NCBI GenBank assembly: GCA_050273025.1 | Contig: CP158636.1 | Location: forward strand, 11,718,001-11,782,000 | Length of the DNA stretch: 64,000 bases | From: Cenococcum geophilum | Lineage: Eukaryota | Reading direction: 5' to 3' | In this document: positions 1 through 14,126 of the stretch, piece by piece | Position numbering within the stretch: position 1 is the first letter of the stretch | Layout: every line of letters starts with the position of its first letter | Made by a program: the position numbers and the translations under genes | Notes under the pieces: generated by a model | What the model saw: only the letters and a program-made list of their open reading frames with translations | The model's database searches: none | What the model was told of the DNA's origin: nothing

Positions 1-2974
1 ATAATAACAAGCTAAGTTAGTATAGTACTAAGTTAGAGCGATATATAAGGAAACTAAGAAAGGGTTAAGCTATATACTAAGGAGATACTATAAGTACGGC
101 AAGAAACTATAATTACTAAAAAGTAAAAAGCTGTTAGAGTATACAGTATAGGACTATAAGATAGAGTTAGAACTAGGAACAAGTCTAAGGTTTTTCCCAA
201 TCTATAAGCTTACTAAAGAAGAAGATAGGGCATTAAAAGAGTTTATCTAAGAAAACTTACAAAAAGGATATATCAGACCATCGCAATTATTAGCGGGTTA
301 TCCAGTACTATTCGTACTAAAGAAAAATAGCAAACTAAGGCTGTGCATTAACTATAGATAGTTAAACAGCATTACTAGGAAGGATAGATATCCTTTACCC
401 TTAATTAGCAAAATCCAAAATAGGATAGGCAACGCGTAAATCTTTACAAAGATAGATCTAAGATAGGTATACCATTAGATTAGGATTAAAAAAGGTAACA
501 AATAAAAGGCAGCCTTTAGGTCAAAAAAAGAACTATATAAACCATTAGTTATGCAATTCGGGCTTATAAACGCACTAGCAACGTTTTAGAAGCGAATTAA
601 CAATATATTAGGAGAACACTTAGATGAATTTATTATAGCATATCTTAACAATATTATCATTTACTTAATAACTAAAGAAGAATATAGAGAATACGTTAAA
701 TAGGTCTTAAAGAGACTACAAGAGGAATAGATACTAGTAGCAATTAAAAAATACAAGTTCTTTACCAGGAAAACCGATTTCATTAGATTTATTATTAAAC
801 TAGGCCAACTTAGTATAGATCTAAAGAAGATTAAGGCTATAGTAAATTAGTAGGAATTAGAGAACATTATATAGTTAAGATTATTCCTAGGGTTTTACAA
901 TTACTATAAAAGGTTTATAGCGCAATAGTTAAAGGATATTAAACTATTTACGCGGTTAATAAAAAAAAAGAACTATAGGTATAAGGAAAGGAGTAATAAA
1001 AACTATTTAAGGAAGTTAAGAGGTTATTTACCTAGGAGCTAGTTCTTAAGATCTATTAACTAGGTCTAGAGACGGTTATAAAAACAAATATATTAGACTT
1101 TATACTAGGAGCATACTTTATACAAAAGCATCTAGATAAATGGCACCCAGTAACATACTATAGTCGGAAGATAACACTACTAAAGTTAAACTATAACATC
1201 TATAACAAGGAGTTATTAGGTATAGTTACAGTATTAAAGAAATAGAGAGCATTCTTACAAGGTATAGAGAAACTATTTATAGTTAAGATAGATTATAAGA
1301 ACCTAATAGGATTCCTAATAATAAAGGAACTTAACTAAAGATAGGTTAGATGGGTAGAGATGCTTATAGAATACTATTTTAAGATTTAGTATACTAAGGG
1401 TACAGACAACACGAGAGTAGATGCTCTAAGTTAAAAAGCTAAACTATAAAACAATAAGAAGCCATTAGGGGCTTTATTGCGAAAAGATATAAATAGGTTA
1501 ATTAGATACAATTATCTAAAAATTATAGCAACTTAGGAGAAACTAGAGAAAGTTTATAAGTTATTAGAAAGCTTTTAGGCATAAAGAATTCTAGAAATAT
1601 AGCTAAAAGATCTACAGTCGGATATATATAAAAACTAAGAAGTAAAGTACATCCCAAGAAGCATAGCAGAGCACTTTATAGAAGATTTCTATAAAGGACT
1701 AACTTAAGGACACAACGGAGCTACGGGCTTAGTGTTAAGACTCTAGGAGAAGTACATTATTAACGGAATCTAGAGGATAGCTAGAAAGGTCACTAAAGAA
1801 TATCTAGATTATTAAAGAAACTAACTAATAAGGCATAAGCCATATAGAGGGCTATAACCTATTAAAATACCAGAGAGACTATAGGAGGTTATATTATAGG
1901 ACTTTATTATAAAGTTACTAAAATTAAGAGATCCTATTACCGGATAAGATTATAACGTGATCTTAGTAATAGTAGATAAGCTTATAAAGTAGGGATACTT
2001 TATAGCATATACAGAAGAAATATTAGTAGAAGATATCGCTAGAATCTATATTAAGGAAGTATTTGCAAAATATAGAGCACTAAGTAAGATTATATTGGAT
2101 AGAGATCTAAGATTTATAGCAGCATTCTAGGAGGTATTCTTGGCGAAGCAAGGAGTTTAAGTAGCAACTTTTACCGCATATTATCCGCAGACAGACGGTT
2201 AAACGGAAAGATTAAATTAGACACTAGAACAGTATCTAAAGCACTATATTAATCACGTATAGAATAATTAGGTATCGCTATTACCAGTTATATAGTTTAT
2301 ATATAATACAATACTACAAGAAGGAATAGGTACGTTACTATTTAAGGCGAATTATGGATACGAGCTAAGAACATCATTATCGCTACATTAAGCAAAGAAG
2401 ACAAGTAGCATAGCTAAGTAAAGGATAAAGACATTAATAAATCTTTATAAGAATCTTATAGAAATAGCTAAGGTAATACAGCAAAGAAAGAAAAGGTACT
2501 ATAACGCTAAGAGATCTAAGGGACTAGATCTTAAGGAGGGAGATAAAGTATAGCTACTACACAAAAATTTCAAGAGTTAACAACTAAGTAAGAAGTTGGA
2601 CTATGTTAGACTAGGACCTTTTAAAATCACATAAAGAATTTTACCGGTTACATTTAAGTTAAACCTACTAGCCAAGATAAAAATCTACCCTGTATAGTAT
2701 ATCGCAATACTAAAACCAGCATACGGAAATGTTAAGCCACTAGTTTATAAGGCAGACACGTACAGAGAACAAAAAGAAGACAAATAGCAAGTTTTAAAGA
2801 TTATTAGTTATAAGGACATTGACGATAAAATATAGTATAAGGTTAAGTAGATAGGCTATAATAAGACTACCTAGGAACTACTAAAAAATTTAAAGAACGC
2901 TATAGGAAAGGTATAGGAGTATTAGAAGAGAATAGGTCAGGCAATATTAATAAGGAAGGATCGCTAAAAAATAA

Positions 2975-3569
2975 GTTACCTAAGGGGGACCTAGGAAGAA
3001 CGACTGCCGAACTACTCGGAATTGTTCCCTTTATAGGAAGAGAGTCAGTTCTCTTATTACTAAGTTCTTACAGACCTTATTCTATAAGCTTCTACTCTTT
3101 AAAACAGACCTTTTTATAAACCTATTTAAGACGTAAAAAACAAGCAGAGGCCAGAAGACGAGTTTTAAGAGCATACTATTAAGCAGCCGCAGCCTCTTGT
3201 TCCGCCTCTTACAACCAATATAGTTTATTAAGGGCGCTTAAAAGCTTACTATTAAGCTTTATAGTAGCAGATTAAATATAAGACCCTATAATAAATTACT
3301 TAGGGAACTTAAAGACTATTAAGAGTTATAGGACACGCACACTTAGTATTAGAGATAGAGTAAACGTTATAGGATAAATAAATATTTGCTTTAATACACT
3401 TTAAGCAAAAAAAAGGTTGCCGAGACAAAGGACTCGCTAGCGTAATATAAACTAACCCCTTTTTCGCACAATAAGAATATGGAGATAGTATTATCTTACC
3501 TAGCGATAATATAATAGCAACGGTACGAGACCGACAAGCTATAGAAGAAAAAGAAGTTACTTTAGGTAT
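2975..3569 (-). pseudogene. Antisense accessory ORF of gypsy family A: Zn2Cys6-like cysteine cluster plus coiled coil (RIP-disrupted)
   Basis: De-RIP reading MPKV...PCSxCAKKGLVCIALASPSSRQPSFCSECTKANIRSSCDV gives C-x2-C-x6-C-x13-C-x2-C-x8-C. Three Cys codons are intact and three read TAT (RIP product of TGT). Conserved in the second copy. 3' end approximate. Confidence 0.65.
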
Positions 3570-3677
3570 AATAAGTAACGATATTAACCAAATTAATTAA
3601 ACGGATATTATACCTCTAGTAAACAACTTAGAGATATTTAGAATCTTTAAGGACAAAGATAAAGAGGAGGGAGATAG

Positions 3678-4098
3678 TGTTACGGACGCTTTAAGTACAA
3701 TATTACGACTACTTAGAGAGGAGTTAAAAGAAGCTAGTTAGTTAATATAGGCACGGTCTAGGATGGATTTAGTAAAACTATATAATAAGAAATAGTAACT
3801 AAGTTATATAATGTAATCTATATAATCTATATAATTTATATAATCCGCAATAGAGCAGATAAAATATATATACCTTACGTATAAGGAGGGTTTCCTAGAA
3901 GTAAGGTTATATATTTAAAGGACCACAGTCCCTACTTTAGATAGTTCTTTCCTTATAGTAATTCTTAGAATATAATTAGAGTTAATCTATTAGGCAACCA
4001 CTCCACCAGTTATTATTACATTGTTAACTTATTACGATACCTACACACCTAGCCCAATAACAAGCCCACCGTAGTACTTGCTATAAGGTTCCGTTACA
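3678..4098 (+). repeat. 3' LTR of family A copy 1
   Basis: TGTTACGG...CCGTTACA termini directly after the PPT; homologous to 5557-5960 and 19035-19453. Confidence 0.92.
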
Positions 4099-4289
4099 TT
4101 ATTAGATAATCTATATTCTTAGAGGCGTAAGACGTGCACGAGTCACGTGCACGGGTCACGTGCATTGTAAATATCTTCGTCTAAGCCCAGGGGCCCTAGG
4201 TCGAAAAACAATCAAGACACGATTAAGATCATTAATTAGTCAACCCATTTCATTAATAAATAGCTCTATATAAGTTATCTAACAGGTAT

Positions 4290-4933
4290 AAGGCTTTAGT
4301 TTTGTGGTAATTTAATATACGTGCCTAGTTTTAGTAGTTAAGTCGCTTAATATAAAGTTGCTAGCACTTATTCTTCCTGCAGAACCGTATTTTACATTGT
4401 GGTAGGTAATTAATTAATGGAATCTATGTAGGTGCACGCGCTGTTTTGAAACTGGTGTTCGCGCACGGACCACTTAACGTATTAGCCACCCCAACGAGCC
4501 AGCTACCCAAGCGAGCCACCTAAAATTATACCAAGATCGGCTCTCTTTATATATTAATAACTCCACCACCACTTAATAAATAATTATAGGGTTTTAAAAA
4601 TGAATACTTATATACCGATACTACTAATATAATAAACTTTTTAAATAATAATATTATTATTTCTCTTAAAGTTATACTTTTGCTATTAAAAAATAAAAAA
4701 ATTAATAGATATTTTAAACTAAAAGTTAAAAAATTAAGTTTTAAATATTAAAAACTTATAATCCATTAACTTAAATACTTAAATACTTAATTTTATAATT
4801 ATTTATTAAGTGGTGGTGAAGTTATTAATATATAAAGACAGCCGATTTTAGTGTAATTTTAGGTAGCTCGCTTAAGTAGCTAGCTTATTAGGGTGGCTAA
4901 TATGTTACTCGTTGGACGCTAACGGGCCAAGGG
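4290..4933. mobile_element. Right-end remnant of CCCTT-terminal DNA transposon family, interrupted by a MITE
   Basis: Close match to 24880-25071; ends TTGGACGCTAACGGGCCAAGGG|ATA. Confidence 0.75.
4477..4905. mobile_element. MITE (Tc1/mariner-pogo/Fot1-like), 429 bp, ~110-bp TIRs, TA TSD
   Basis: ACGTATTAGCCACC...GGTGGCTAATATGT termini; TA at 4475-4476 and 4906-4907; empty site present in paralog at ~25041-25050. Confidence 0.9.
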
Positions 4934-5080
4934 ATAATAAGACTAGTAGACTAACTAATAGCCTCTCCTTTAGTATACTCTTTTCTTTTTTTCTTACTAA
5001 CCACTTTTTTACTAATTAATTCTAACTAAGAGTACTATACTTTTCTATTTACGAAAGCCCGTACTTTTTTACACTAGTAT

Positions 5081-5556
5081 TATAATAAAACCTTATAGGA
5101 AATACTATAGTAAACTTATTAATAGGCGAGGTATATAGGTATAAAATAGTTAATAGTATAAATATAACTAGCGGAGTAGGTTACCTAATAGATTAACTCT
5201 AATTGTATTTTAAGATTTACTATAAAGAAGAGAACTATCTAGGTAGGGACTATAGTTCTTTAAATATTTAATACTGCGCCTAAGGAATATACTAAGTATA
5301 TTAGTACGTTAGTATATTAGTATATCTTACGTTCCTACGTTCTAAACCAACCTATTTATATCTCTTCTTAGTAGTGCTACTACTGTTAATATAACGTCCG
5401 TAATACTACCCCCCTCCTCTTTATCTTTATCCTTAAAGATATCCTATATCTCTAAGTTATTTATTAAAGGTATAGCATTCCTATCTTTAATTTAGTAGCT
5501 TTTATTATTCCTAATACTTTTTATTAGATTCTCTATATCTAACCATTATAACTAGC
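5081..5556 (-). mobile_element. 3' LTR (5081-5405), PPT and 3' UTR stub of a minus-strand family-A-related gypsy element
   Basis: Reverse complement matches family A LTR; PPT CCCCCCTCCTCTTT at ~5409-5422; interrupted at 5557 by family A copy 2. Confidence 0.8.
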
Positions 5557-7146
5557 TATTACGGACGCTTTAAGTACAATGTTATAACTACTAGGAGAGG
5601 AGTCGGAAGAAGCTAGTTAGTTAATTTAGGTATGGTTTAGAATAGAGCCGACAGAGCTATATAATAAGGAATAGTAATTAAGGTTATATAACGTTATACG
5701 TAGTATACGTAGTATATAAAGGGAATGTGCGTATAATATATATATTACGTATATTACGTATATAGAGGATTTCTTAAAAGTACGGTTGTGTATTTAAAGG
5801 ACTATAGTTCTCTTCCTTATAGTAAATCTTAGAATATAATTAGAGTTAATCTATTAGGTAACCACTCTACTAGTTATATTTACGTTATTAACTATTCTAT
5901 ACTTATATACCTAGCCCATTAATAAGTCTACCATAGTATTTTCTATAAGGCTTTATTATATATTTACTACTAAGGTTATAGTAAAAGAAGTTAAATAATA
6001 TACTACTAAAAGTAGTAGCCACAACGGCGTCTATAGCGGCGACTACCTTAGAATTAAGTAATAACACTAGTATAGTAAATACTAACTCGTAACTAGTTAC
6101 TATTAGATAGCTACAGAAAATAGTTAATTAATTAATAGATAATAATAGGATATTTAAAGAAAGGATTAATGGAATCAGAGCAGCTAAGGTTAAGTTACCC
6201 TTAATTAAGCAATTCTTAGGAGAGAAGTTAAAACTTAAAGGATTCCTTACGTAAATGCACTTTAAGGTTATATAAGAAGGAGTTAAACCAGGAACGCCTA
6301 TAGATTAAGTCGCTTATATAGGATTATTCTTAACAGGAAGGGCACTTAAGTAGTTTAAGCCTTACCTTACAGAGGTATAGGAATACGGCATAACGACTAC
6401 TAATTAGGAGGTATAGTATATATTTTTAAGTTAGAACGGGTTTACGGAATAATTAACGCAAATATTTAGAGACCTGGAGGCAACTACTACGGTAAAAAAA
6501 AAAGCTTTAAAACCTAGTATAAAGGACTTTAGTAATTAAGTATACGACGTAGTTTTAAACGTCAGTAATATAAGTTAAATGGAATAATAAGGCGCTTATA
6601 GTATAGTATAAGTAGGGGCTTAAAGCAAAAGTCTAGGATATAATTATCCTAATAGAAGATGCGGATACTTTTAGGGATTTAATTAACTAAGTAATTAAGA
6701 TTAATAATAGGATCTACTAAAGAGAGTAGACTAAAAAGGGTTAGAATAGAGTTCTATAGTTATATAAGGCGTAAAGTACGCAATAATAAAGCTAAAGTTA
6801 GAAACTATAGTATAGCGCAGAGCTAATAGACCTAAGTGGTATTAAAGAAAATAAGAAATAGAATAAATAACTATAAAAACCTAGAGGATAAGGATTAAGT
6901 AATTAAAGGTCTAAGGAGCAGAGGCTAAACTAGAGATCTTAGTAGTAGAAGACATTTAGGCGGACTCTATAGTAGGAAAAATGGTTTAAAAAAGGGGCTT
7001 ATATAAATTGTAGAAGTAGTTAGAGTTACTATATAGTAAAAGGAACGAGACTAGTAGACGATATATATATATAAAGGGATAATAATATGCTATAAGGAAT
7101 AAAAGAATGTTTAATTAAAAGTTTTGCATTTTATTATAATAACGTA

Positions 7147-10100
7147 CAGTCTTTCTACACCAGCACAATGCAATCGCCCGCTAAAGAAACCTGCGAAACA
7201 AGCCCAATAGAGCTCCCACGAGCTCCAGAGGACTACAGAAACCCTTCCTATTAAAACCACACACCCTAATTCGGCGTCAGTGGAGGTATATATAGTGTTT
7301 TCTAATATACAGCCCCTAAAACCGGATCATAATAAACAAATAAACCCCTAACCCTAACCCCAACCACCCTAACCACCCCAATTAAACAGCGCGCCTTTTA
7401 AGAATGCGTTCTATAGACTATACAAACCGCAGAATAAACCTAGTAGGCACTATAGAAGCGATCTCTTGATGCAGACAAGGAGCGCTCTACTATGCTCTCC
7501 TTCCTTACTACCGCAATTATAACCCTCCGGACAGCCTTTACTATATTAGCGGAGCTTATCTAGACCTAAGAAACCTAGGAGTAATATACCTAGGATATAA
7601 AGGCAATCCGGACAGATATTGGCGCCCTTAGAAAGGCCGTAACAATAGCTATAAAGAGCGGACCGACGTCCATAGGCCCGCTGTTATACGCACACGTCGC
7701 TGCCACTATACCTATAATGCCCCAAGCTATAAAATAAGTTGCCTATAAACCTATAGAAGTACATAAGATTACAATCCGCATAGGCGACGCCACTAACCGT
7801 AAGGAAACCTTAAAGTAGAACAGCCAAGCCCTAGTATATAAACTCCAGGCCACAGGACCCCCAGACACCCATAGAATATAAGCTGTAAAGAAGTTATAAA
7901 GCGGTGACGTTAGGGCGTATATCATGGATAAAGATATAAAAGATAGGTTACTATAAGAAACAGAGTAAACGAAGGTCCTTAGACGCTCTACTATACTAGC
8001 TATTCCGCTAGTACTAATAGAGGTCCATGCGGTATCTATAAGCCTCGCTATCTAAGGCCTAGAGGCCAAGCAGATAATAAAAGATATAATAGAGCAGAAC
8101 TGTACTATAGCGGGGCTTACAGTAGAAAGGCTGGCGTGGAAAAGGCTAGGAAGAGTCCGAACGGGACAAAAGGTCAAATTATCACTTATCATAGGTATAT
8201 AGTTAAAAGAGTTAGCAAATGCGCTATTTAATTAGGGCCTCTTCTTAGGAGGAGACTACTACCTAGTTATAAGGCATAAGACAACATTTCTAGTAACACA
8301 GTGCTTTAAATACTAAGGCTTTAACCATATAGCTAAGAGTTATAGGAGAGAAGCTAGATGCGGACGCTGCGCTAGGCAATATAATACTAGCAAATGTACA
8401 GGAGACCCACCTAAAAAGTGTACTAACTGTAAAGTAGACCACGAGGCATGGAACGGGGCGTATAGTATTAAGCGGATACAGTAGGAGAAGGCTGCAGCAA
8501 TTAGGGCCTATACGCTAATATACTACGCAGGCACCTATAAGGCACCTATAAGCGGACAGCAATCATAATTACAGTATAAGATCACTATTAAGGAGGTCTT
8601 ACAACAAGCTAAGAAAAGGAAGCTAAAGGAGACAGCTACGTAAAAGAGCTTTATATAGGCAGAGGAAGCCCCCTAGAAGGTCGGCCGGCTATAGACTTTC
8701 GATTATTCTAAGAAGGAAATGGGCTAGAGGACCCTCCAATTAACACTCTAAATAGCACTATATGGTAGTATATACGCCCTAATTTAAATCCTAGCAACCT
8801 AGGAGCCTCTACTAAACATAGAGTTTAATATAGAGGTAAAAGCAGAAGCCTAGATCCGGAGAGAGGCATCTAGAGGCTCTAAAACTACGTTATAAGGAAG
8901 CAAACGGACGCTAAAGGGCACTAACTTAGCTAACTTAGAGGCCAGCATAGACCTCTTATATTAGAACACCAGAAAACACTTATAATTATATAGTATAATA
9001 CTAACAATAGTAAGAACGGCGTACTGCTCTACTTCCTATAAGAGGTAGAGTAGGCGGACCCCTAGCCAGATATATTAGCTATCCAAGAGCTATGGCGGAG
9101 GGACTAAGGAAATACGACATATACTACAAAATCCTATTACCTAGTATACGCGGGAGTAGGCAATATAAGGGTCTGCTTCTATATAAACAAGGCTATTAAC
9201 ACAAATAAGTAGGCGCCTATATACTACTCAGCGAACGTATACATAATTAAGCTAGAGGGCTATAAGAGGACTATCCAGATTTATAATATTTATAACCCCT
9301 AATAAACGAATAGTAGTGTCCATATACTACCAGAGCTGCTAAAGGCCAAAGGAGAATATATACTATTAGGAGATTTTAATCTACACCACCCCTTTTAGGG
9401 GGGTATAACAGTAATATGCGTAAACAACGCGGCGGATGACCTTATCCGCGCTATAGAGGCAGCCAGCCTAAGCCTAGCTACTAAGGCGGGCATAAAGACG
9501 TAGGTAAAGGGCATATTAAGGAGCACGCTAGACCTAGTATTCACCTCCCCCTAAATCACTAATAGGCTACTATAGAGTTAAAAATAAGACCGCTAGCATA
9601 CAGGGTCCAACCACTTTCCTATTATTACAAAGGTGGACGTAGAGACGCCAAAGGGGCCCCCCTTACCTAGGAGACCGCTATAAAAGAAGGCCAATTAGAA
9701 GGTAGTGTAGAGCGAGCTAAAGGGCCGACTTTAGCCCCTATATAGACTCCCATGCGATATAAGAGATAAACTAGATACACTGGCGAAGGCTATATACTAA
9801 GCGATTAAAAACACTATAGTAAAAACAGTACCTAACGCGCGGCCCTCGCCGCAAGCCTCTAAAGCATGGTTAGAGGAATATATAGAGGTAGTAAAGGAAA
9901 CCCAACAGGCCTTCCGGGCGTAGAAGGCCTCTTAGTTAGTGCCTAACTGGATTAACTATAGAGTCGCATAGAATAAGAAGAAAAGGGTAATCTAATAAGA
10001 GGCTAATAAGCTATAAAGGAGGACCGTTAAAAAGCTAATAAATAACCCTAAAGGGATGTAGAGGATAGCAAAATGGGCATATACAGCGGATGGGAAGCCG

Positions 10101-13100
10101 AAGGCCCTACTATAATTTCCTCCTATTAGCAGACTAGGAGAGGAGACCCTATATTATAATAATAAGGAGAAGGCTACTATCCTTATAAAGCAGTTCTTTC
10201 CGCTACTAATAAAGGCGGACCTAAGTAATATACTAGGGTTTGTATACCCGGAGCCGCAAATAGTAAAGGAAATAGTTAAGGAGGAGGACATTATTATAGC
10301 CCTAAAGGGGCTTGCCCCTAACAAGGCCCTAGGTTTAAAGAAGATTACTAACTAATTCCTTAAGATGTGTGGAGAGCAGCTAGCCCTAGTACTAGCTAAA
10401 CTCTTTAGCAGCTATATAGTAGTTAGACATTACCTAAAACCGTTTAAAGACTCTATTATAGTAGTCCTCTAGAAACTATAGAAGCTATCCTACACCACAG
10501 TAAAGGCCTACCGGCCGATTGCGCTGCTTAACACCATTAGGAAGCTACTTAAGAGAATAGTAGCTAGCTAACTATCTAAAATTACAGAGGAGACGGGTAT
10601 ACTACCGGCTAGTTAGATAGGAGTAAGGCCGGGGCACTTAACGTAGATAGTACTGGAGCTACTAACCTAATAGGTATATATAGTGTAGAGGAGTAACCTA
10701 AACCTAGTAGCCTTATTACTTAGCCTTAATATTTCCGGGGCCTTTAACCGAGTCTCTTATAAAAGAATAATCTATAATATAAAGGCCTAAGCCGTGCCCT
10801 ACTAGATAGTATAGTTTATAAAGTCCTTCCTTAAGGATTAAATAACAAGGCTCTTAATTAGAGGATATATAGCATAAACAATACAAACAAACACCGGTAT
10901 ACCTTAAGGCTTAGCGCTATCGCCAATCCTATTCCTCTTTTTTGCCTATACACTCCTACTAGAGCTATAAGGGGGAACTACTATAGCATTTGGATTCGTT
11001 AACGACTCTAATATACTAATGTATAGCAAGACTACGAAGGAAAACTGCAGAACTATAGAAAGGGCGCATAAGGTATGCACGGCGTGGGCACGCCGGCATA
11101 GGGTAGTGTTTACCCCTAAAAAGTACTACCTTATCCATTTTATAAGGAGCTATAAGAAGTTTAATATAAAGGTTATAGCTAATATATATAGCTTCACGGA
11201 AGGCCTAGTTAGTAACCTACGTATATTAGGGGTATAAGTTAACTTAAAGCTTAAATAGGGACCGTATGTTAACATTATTAAGATAAAGGCAATTACCTAA
11301 ATGGCCGCACTAACCCGGCTTACGGCCTCTATATGGGGCGCCTTCTTCTAAAAGGCGCGGATAATATACTCCACTATAGTCCGGCTGGTAATCTTATACG
11401 GATATAGTATCTGGTACTCGCCACCGGAGTAGATAAAGCCTAAGGAGGTAAGCAAAACTAAGCTACGCTAGCTGGGCGTAGCATAGAACCTATGCCTCCG
11501 CACTATTATAGGGGCGTATAAATTAACGCTAATAGTAGTACTAGAGCATAAGACGGGGTTTCCGTTACTTTAGTTACACCTTAAAGAGCTAGCTATAGCC
11601 TATATAGAGAGGACGCGGGAAGGACTAGTAAGAGAGTATATTAAGAGGGAGTGCAATACTATACGGGCTATAATAGCCTACTAACTCCGGCCTAGAATAA
11701 AGCTATTAATGCGGCCCACTAGACGGGATAAGCTTAAGAGGATAGCGGCCGCTATCTTAGGGATAGATATATGGCTAATAAACTTATCTAAAGCGTAGTA
11801 TAAGAGAAGTAAAAGGGCTAGGGTATAAAAGGCGTTTAAGAAGCGGTAGAAAAGGGAATAGGAAAAGTACTAGAGCACGCTTACCCACTATATGACGGCC
11901 TAGGCCGAGCTATAAAATAAGGAAGTCTTTAAACGCCACGCGAGGCTTATAAAGGTAGAGAGCACGATTAATACGCTACTTAGAACTAAGTATATAGGGC
12001 TTAACAGATACCTTTACTACTAAAAAGTACTAGGGCACCTAACCCCGGCCTACCTATACGGCTATAGCTAATAATTAATAATACACATAGTGGTGTTCTG
12101 CCCTAGATACGCTACTAGCTAGGCAGAAATATATTACTATGCTAGAACATCCTTATATAAAGAGCTCCTAACTAAGCTAAAGGCTGCTAAGGTAGTTGCG
12201 GACTAGTTTATATAGATAAATCTTTTACTACACCTTTCATTTGCTAGAGAGCTGGCTGGGGTAAAGAGAGGAGGCTAGGAAGTACTTTAAGAGGCGGAGG
12301 ATAAATACTACAGGGACAGCAAAATATAGTAGAATTTTATAGATGGCAACCTAGCAGAAGTTGGCAGAACTCTAGTAACCCAGTAGAATTCGGCAGAACT
12401 TATTAACCTAGCAGAATTCGGCAGAATTTGGCAACCTAATAGAAGTTAGCAGAATTTCGGCAACCTAATAGAATATAGTAGGGTTTTAGCAACCTAATAG
12501 AATTTAGTAGAGTTTTAGTAACCTAACAAAATTTAGTAGAATCTCGGCAACCTAATAGAATTTAATAACCTAATAGAAGTTGGCAGAACTTTGGCAACCT
12601 AGTAGAATTTAACAGAATTTGGTAACCTGATAGAATTTAGTAGAGGTTAATATCCTAATAGAACTTAATAAAACGTGGCAAGGCACAGAGCTATATACGT
12701 TAACGCAGATACAAATAACAGAACCTTTTACACCACTACTAGCCTTATAGGCCACCGGCCTACGCCCCACCTAGATAACCGGAGCAGCTAGAAACAGAAC
12801 CTAGGCCCTAGCTATACACCCCACTGGATAAACCCAGAAGTACGCATTAAGATGGCTTTTCTGTAGCGCCTTAAAGAGACGTCTACTTGTGCTTGGCAGT
12901 TACTAATTAGAAGAGAGGCTATATAGGCCGCATAATAAGCCATATAGGCCGTATAATAAGAGAAGGAGAGGTTTTATCCGGCCCTAGCGGTACGGTTTCT
13001 CTCTTATACATATATATATATATATACTTATATAAACCCGCTGCATAGACCCTAACGGAAGCCGCAATAGCGTAATTAAATATCATAACATAACATAACA

Positions 13101-13102
13101 TA
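7147..13102 (+). mobile_element. Full-length Tad1-like LINE (ORF1 with zinc knuckles; ORF2 APE endonuclease-RT), RIP-inactivated
   Basis: 12-bp TSD TATAATAACGTA (7135-7146, 13103-13114); (CATAA)n tail; ORF1 QCFKCQGFNH..CGRC..H..C..CTNC..H ~8300-8460; AIQEPW ~9080; GDFNLHHP ~9369; YRPIALLNT ~10509; LDISGAFD ~10725; GIPQGSALSP ~10896; FVDD ~10995. Confidence 0.95.
12345..12680 (+). repeat. Degenerate (TT)GGCAGAA/GGCAACC tandem array in LINE 3' UTR
   Basis: Repeated ggcagaatttggcaaccta-type units, many RIP-altered. Confidence 0.8.
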
Positions 13103-14126
13103 TATAATAACGTATACTAAATTTATAAGGACGCTAAGTACGGCGTAAGCTATTAGCCATAAGAGCTAAAATTATTAGAGTTTAGAGGAACTAATAAACT
13201 ATCTCGCAGATTGGATATTAAGGACAATAAATTTAATATAGGCAAAATATTTAGTAATAATAAGGTAATAAGGGCAGCTTACTAAGAGTATATAGACCTT
13301 AGAGATATTATAAAAGAGGTAAAGGATAATTCTACTACAGAATAGGGAATATTAGTAGAGATTAAGACCCTACTAGATATAATATCTATCGCTTTATAAG
13401 ACGCAAAAGAAGTAAGATAGTGAACTACTTCGGCACTTAATAAAGGTAAAAGGCTAAAGGCTTAAGATTTTTAAGACAAGATAAGAGATAACTAAGATTC
13501 TTAAGATAAGATAAGGCAAGCTTAAAGACTTATAACGGATAATAACTAATAGAGCAGAGCAGTAGCTTAGTTTAGTAATATATAAATAAGCTTAGGATAA
13601 AGTTTCCTAAAGATATAAGATTCTTAAGACGAGATAAATAAGATTTAAGACTTTTAAGATGAGATAAAAATACTATAGAAGCCTAGTTAGACTAAGGCTA
13701 GAACTAAGCTTAAGATAGAAGTAAGCTTAGAATTAAGAATTCTATAGGACTAAGATTTTAATATATAAATAAGGACTATTAAAGAACATAATACTAAGAT
13801 TAAGAAGTAAGAAGACTTTAAGGATTTACTTATAAGATAAAAACCGAAAGAAACCATAATAGAATTTAGGTAGAGAATTATCGTATAGTAAAAACAGAAA
13901 CTAGATTAAAAAACTAGTATACTAGGTTATATAAGGGACAGAGTACCTATATAAAGAATTACTAATAAGCCTAGGGCAGGTACGCTAAGAGCTAAGTAGC
14001 TTACTAAACTAGAAGATAAAGAGGATTTAGGGATCCCTACTAGATTTGAAAAACAATATATAAAGGGCTGTTATAATATAGTAATAAGAAGATACTTCCT
14101 TACGGATAAGCTATATATACTCTAGT

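Larger units (their letters stand above)
1..4098 (+). mobile_element. Ty3/gypsy chromovirus-type LTR retrotransposon, family A copy 1 (5' part outside window), RIP-inactivated
   Basis: De-RIP motifs in order RT (PVLFVPKKNGKLRLCIDYR ~300; AYLDDIIIY ~640), RNase H (ETDASDFALGA ~1081), integrase (~1700-2400), chromodomain (YKVKWIGY..TWEP..NL ~2835-2900). PPT AAAGAGGAGGGAGATAG 3661-3677, then LTR. Confidence 0.93.

Noticed and set aside
7345..7380. CCCTAA telomere-like repeats in the LINE 5' region
   Set aside because: Only 2-3 imperfect units in C-rich sequence; not a telomere, and targeting cannot be inferred
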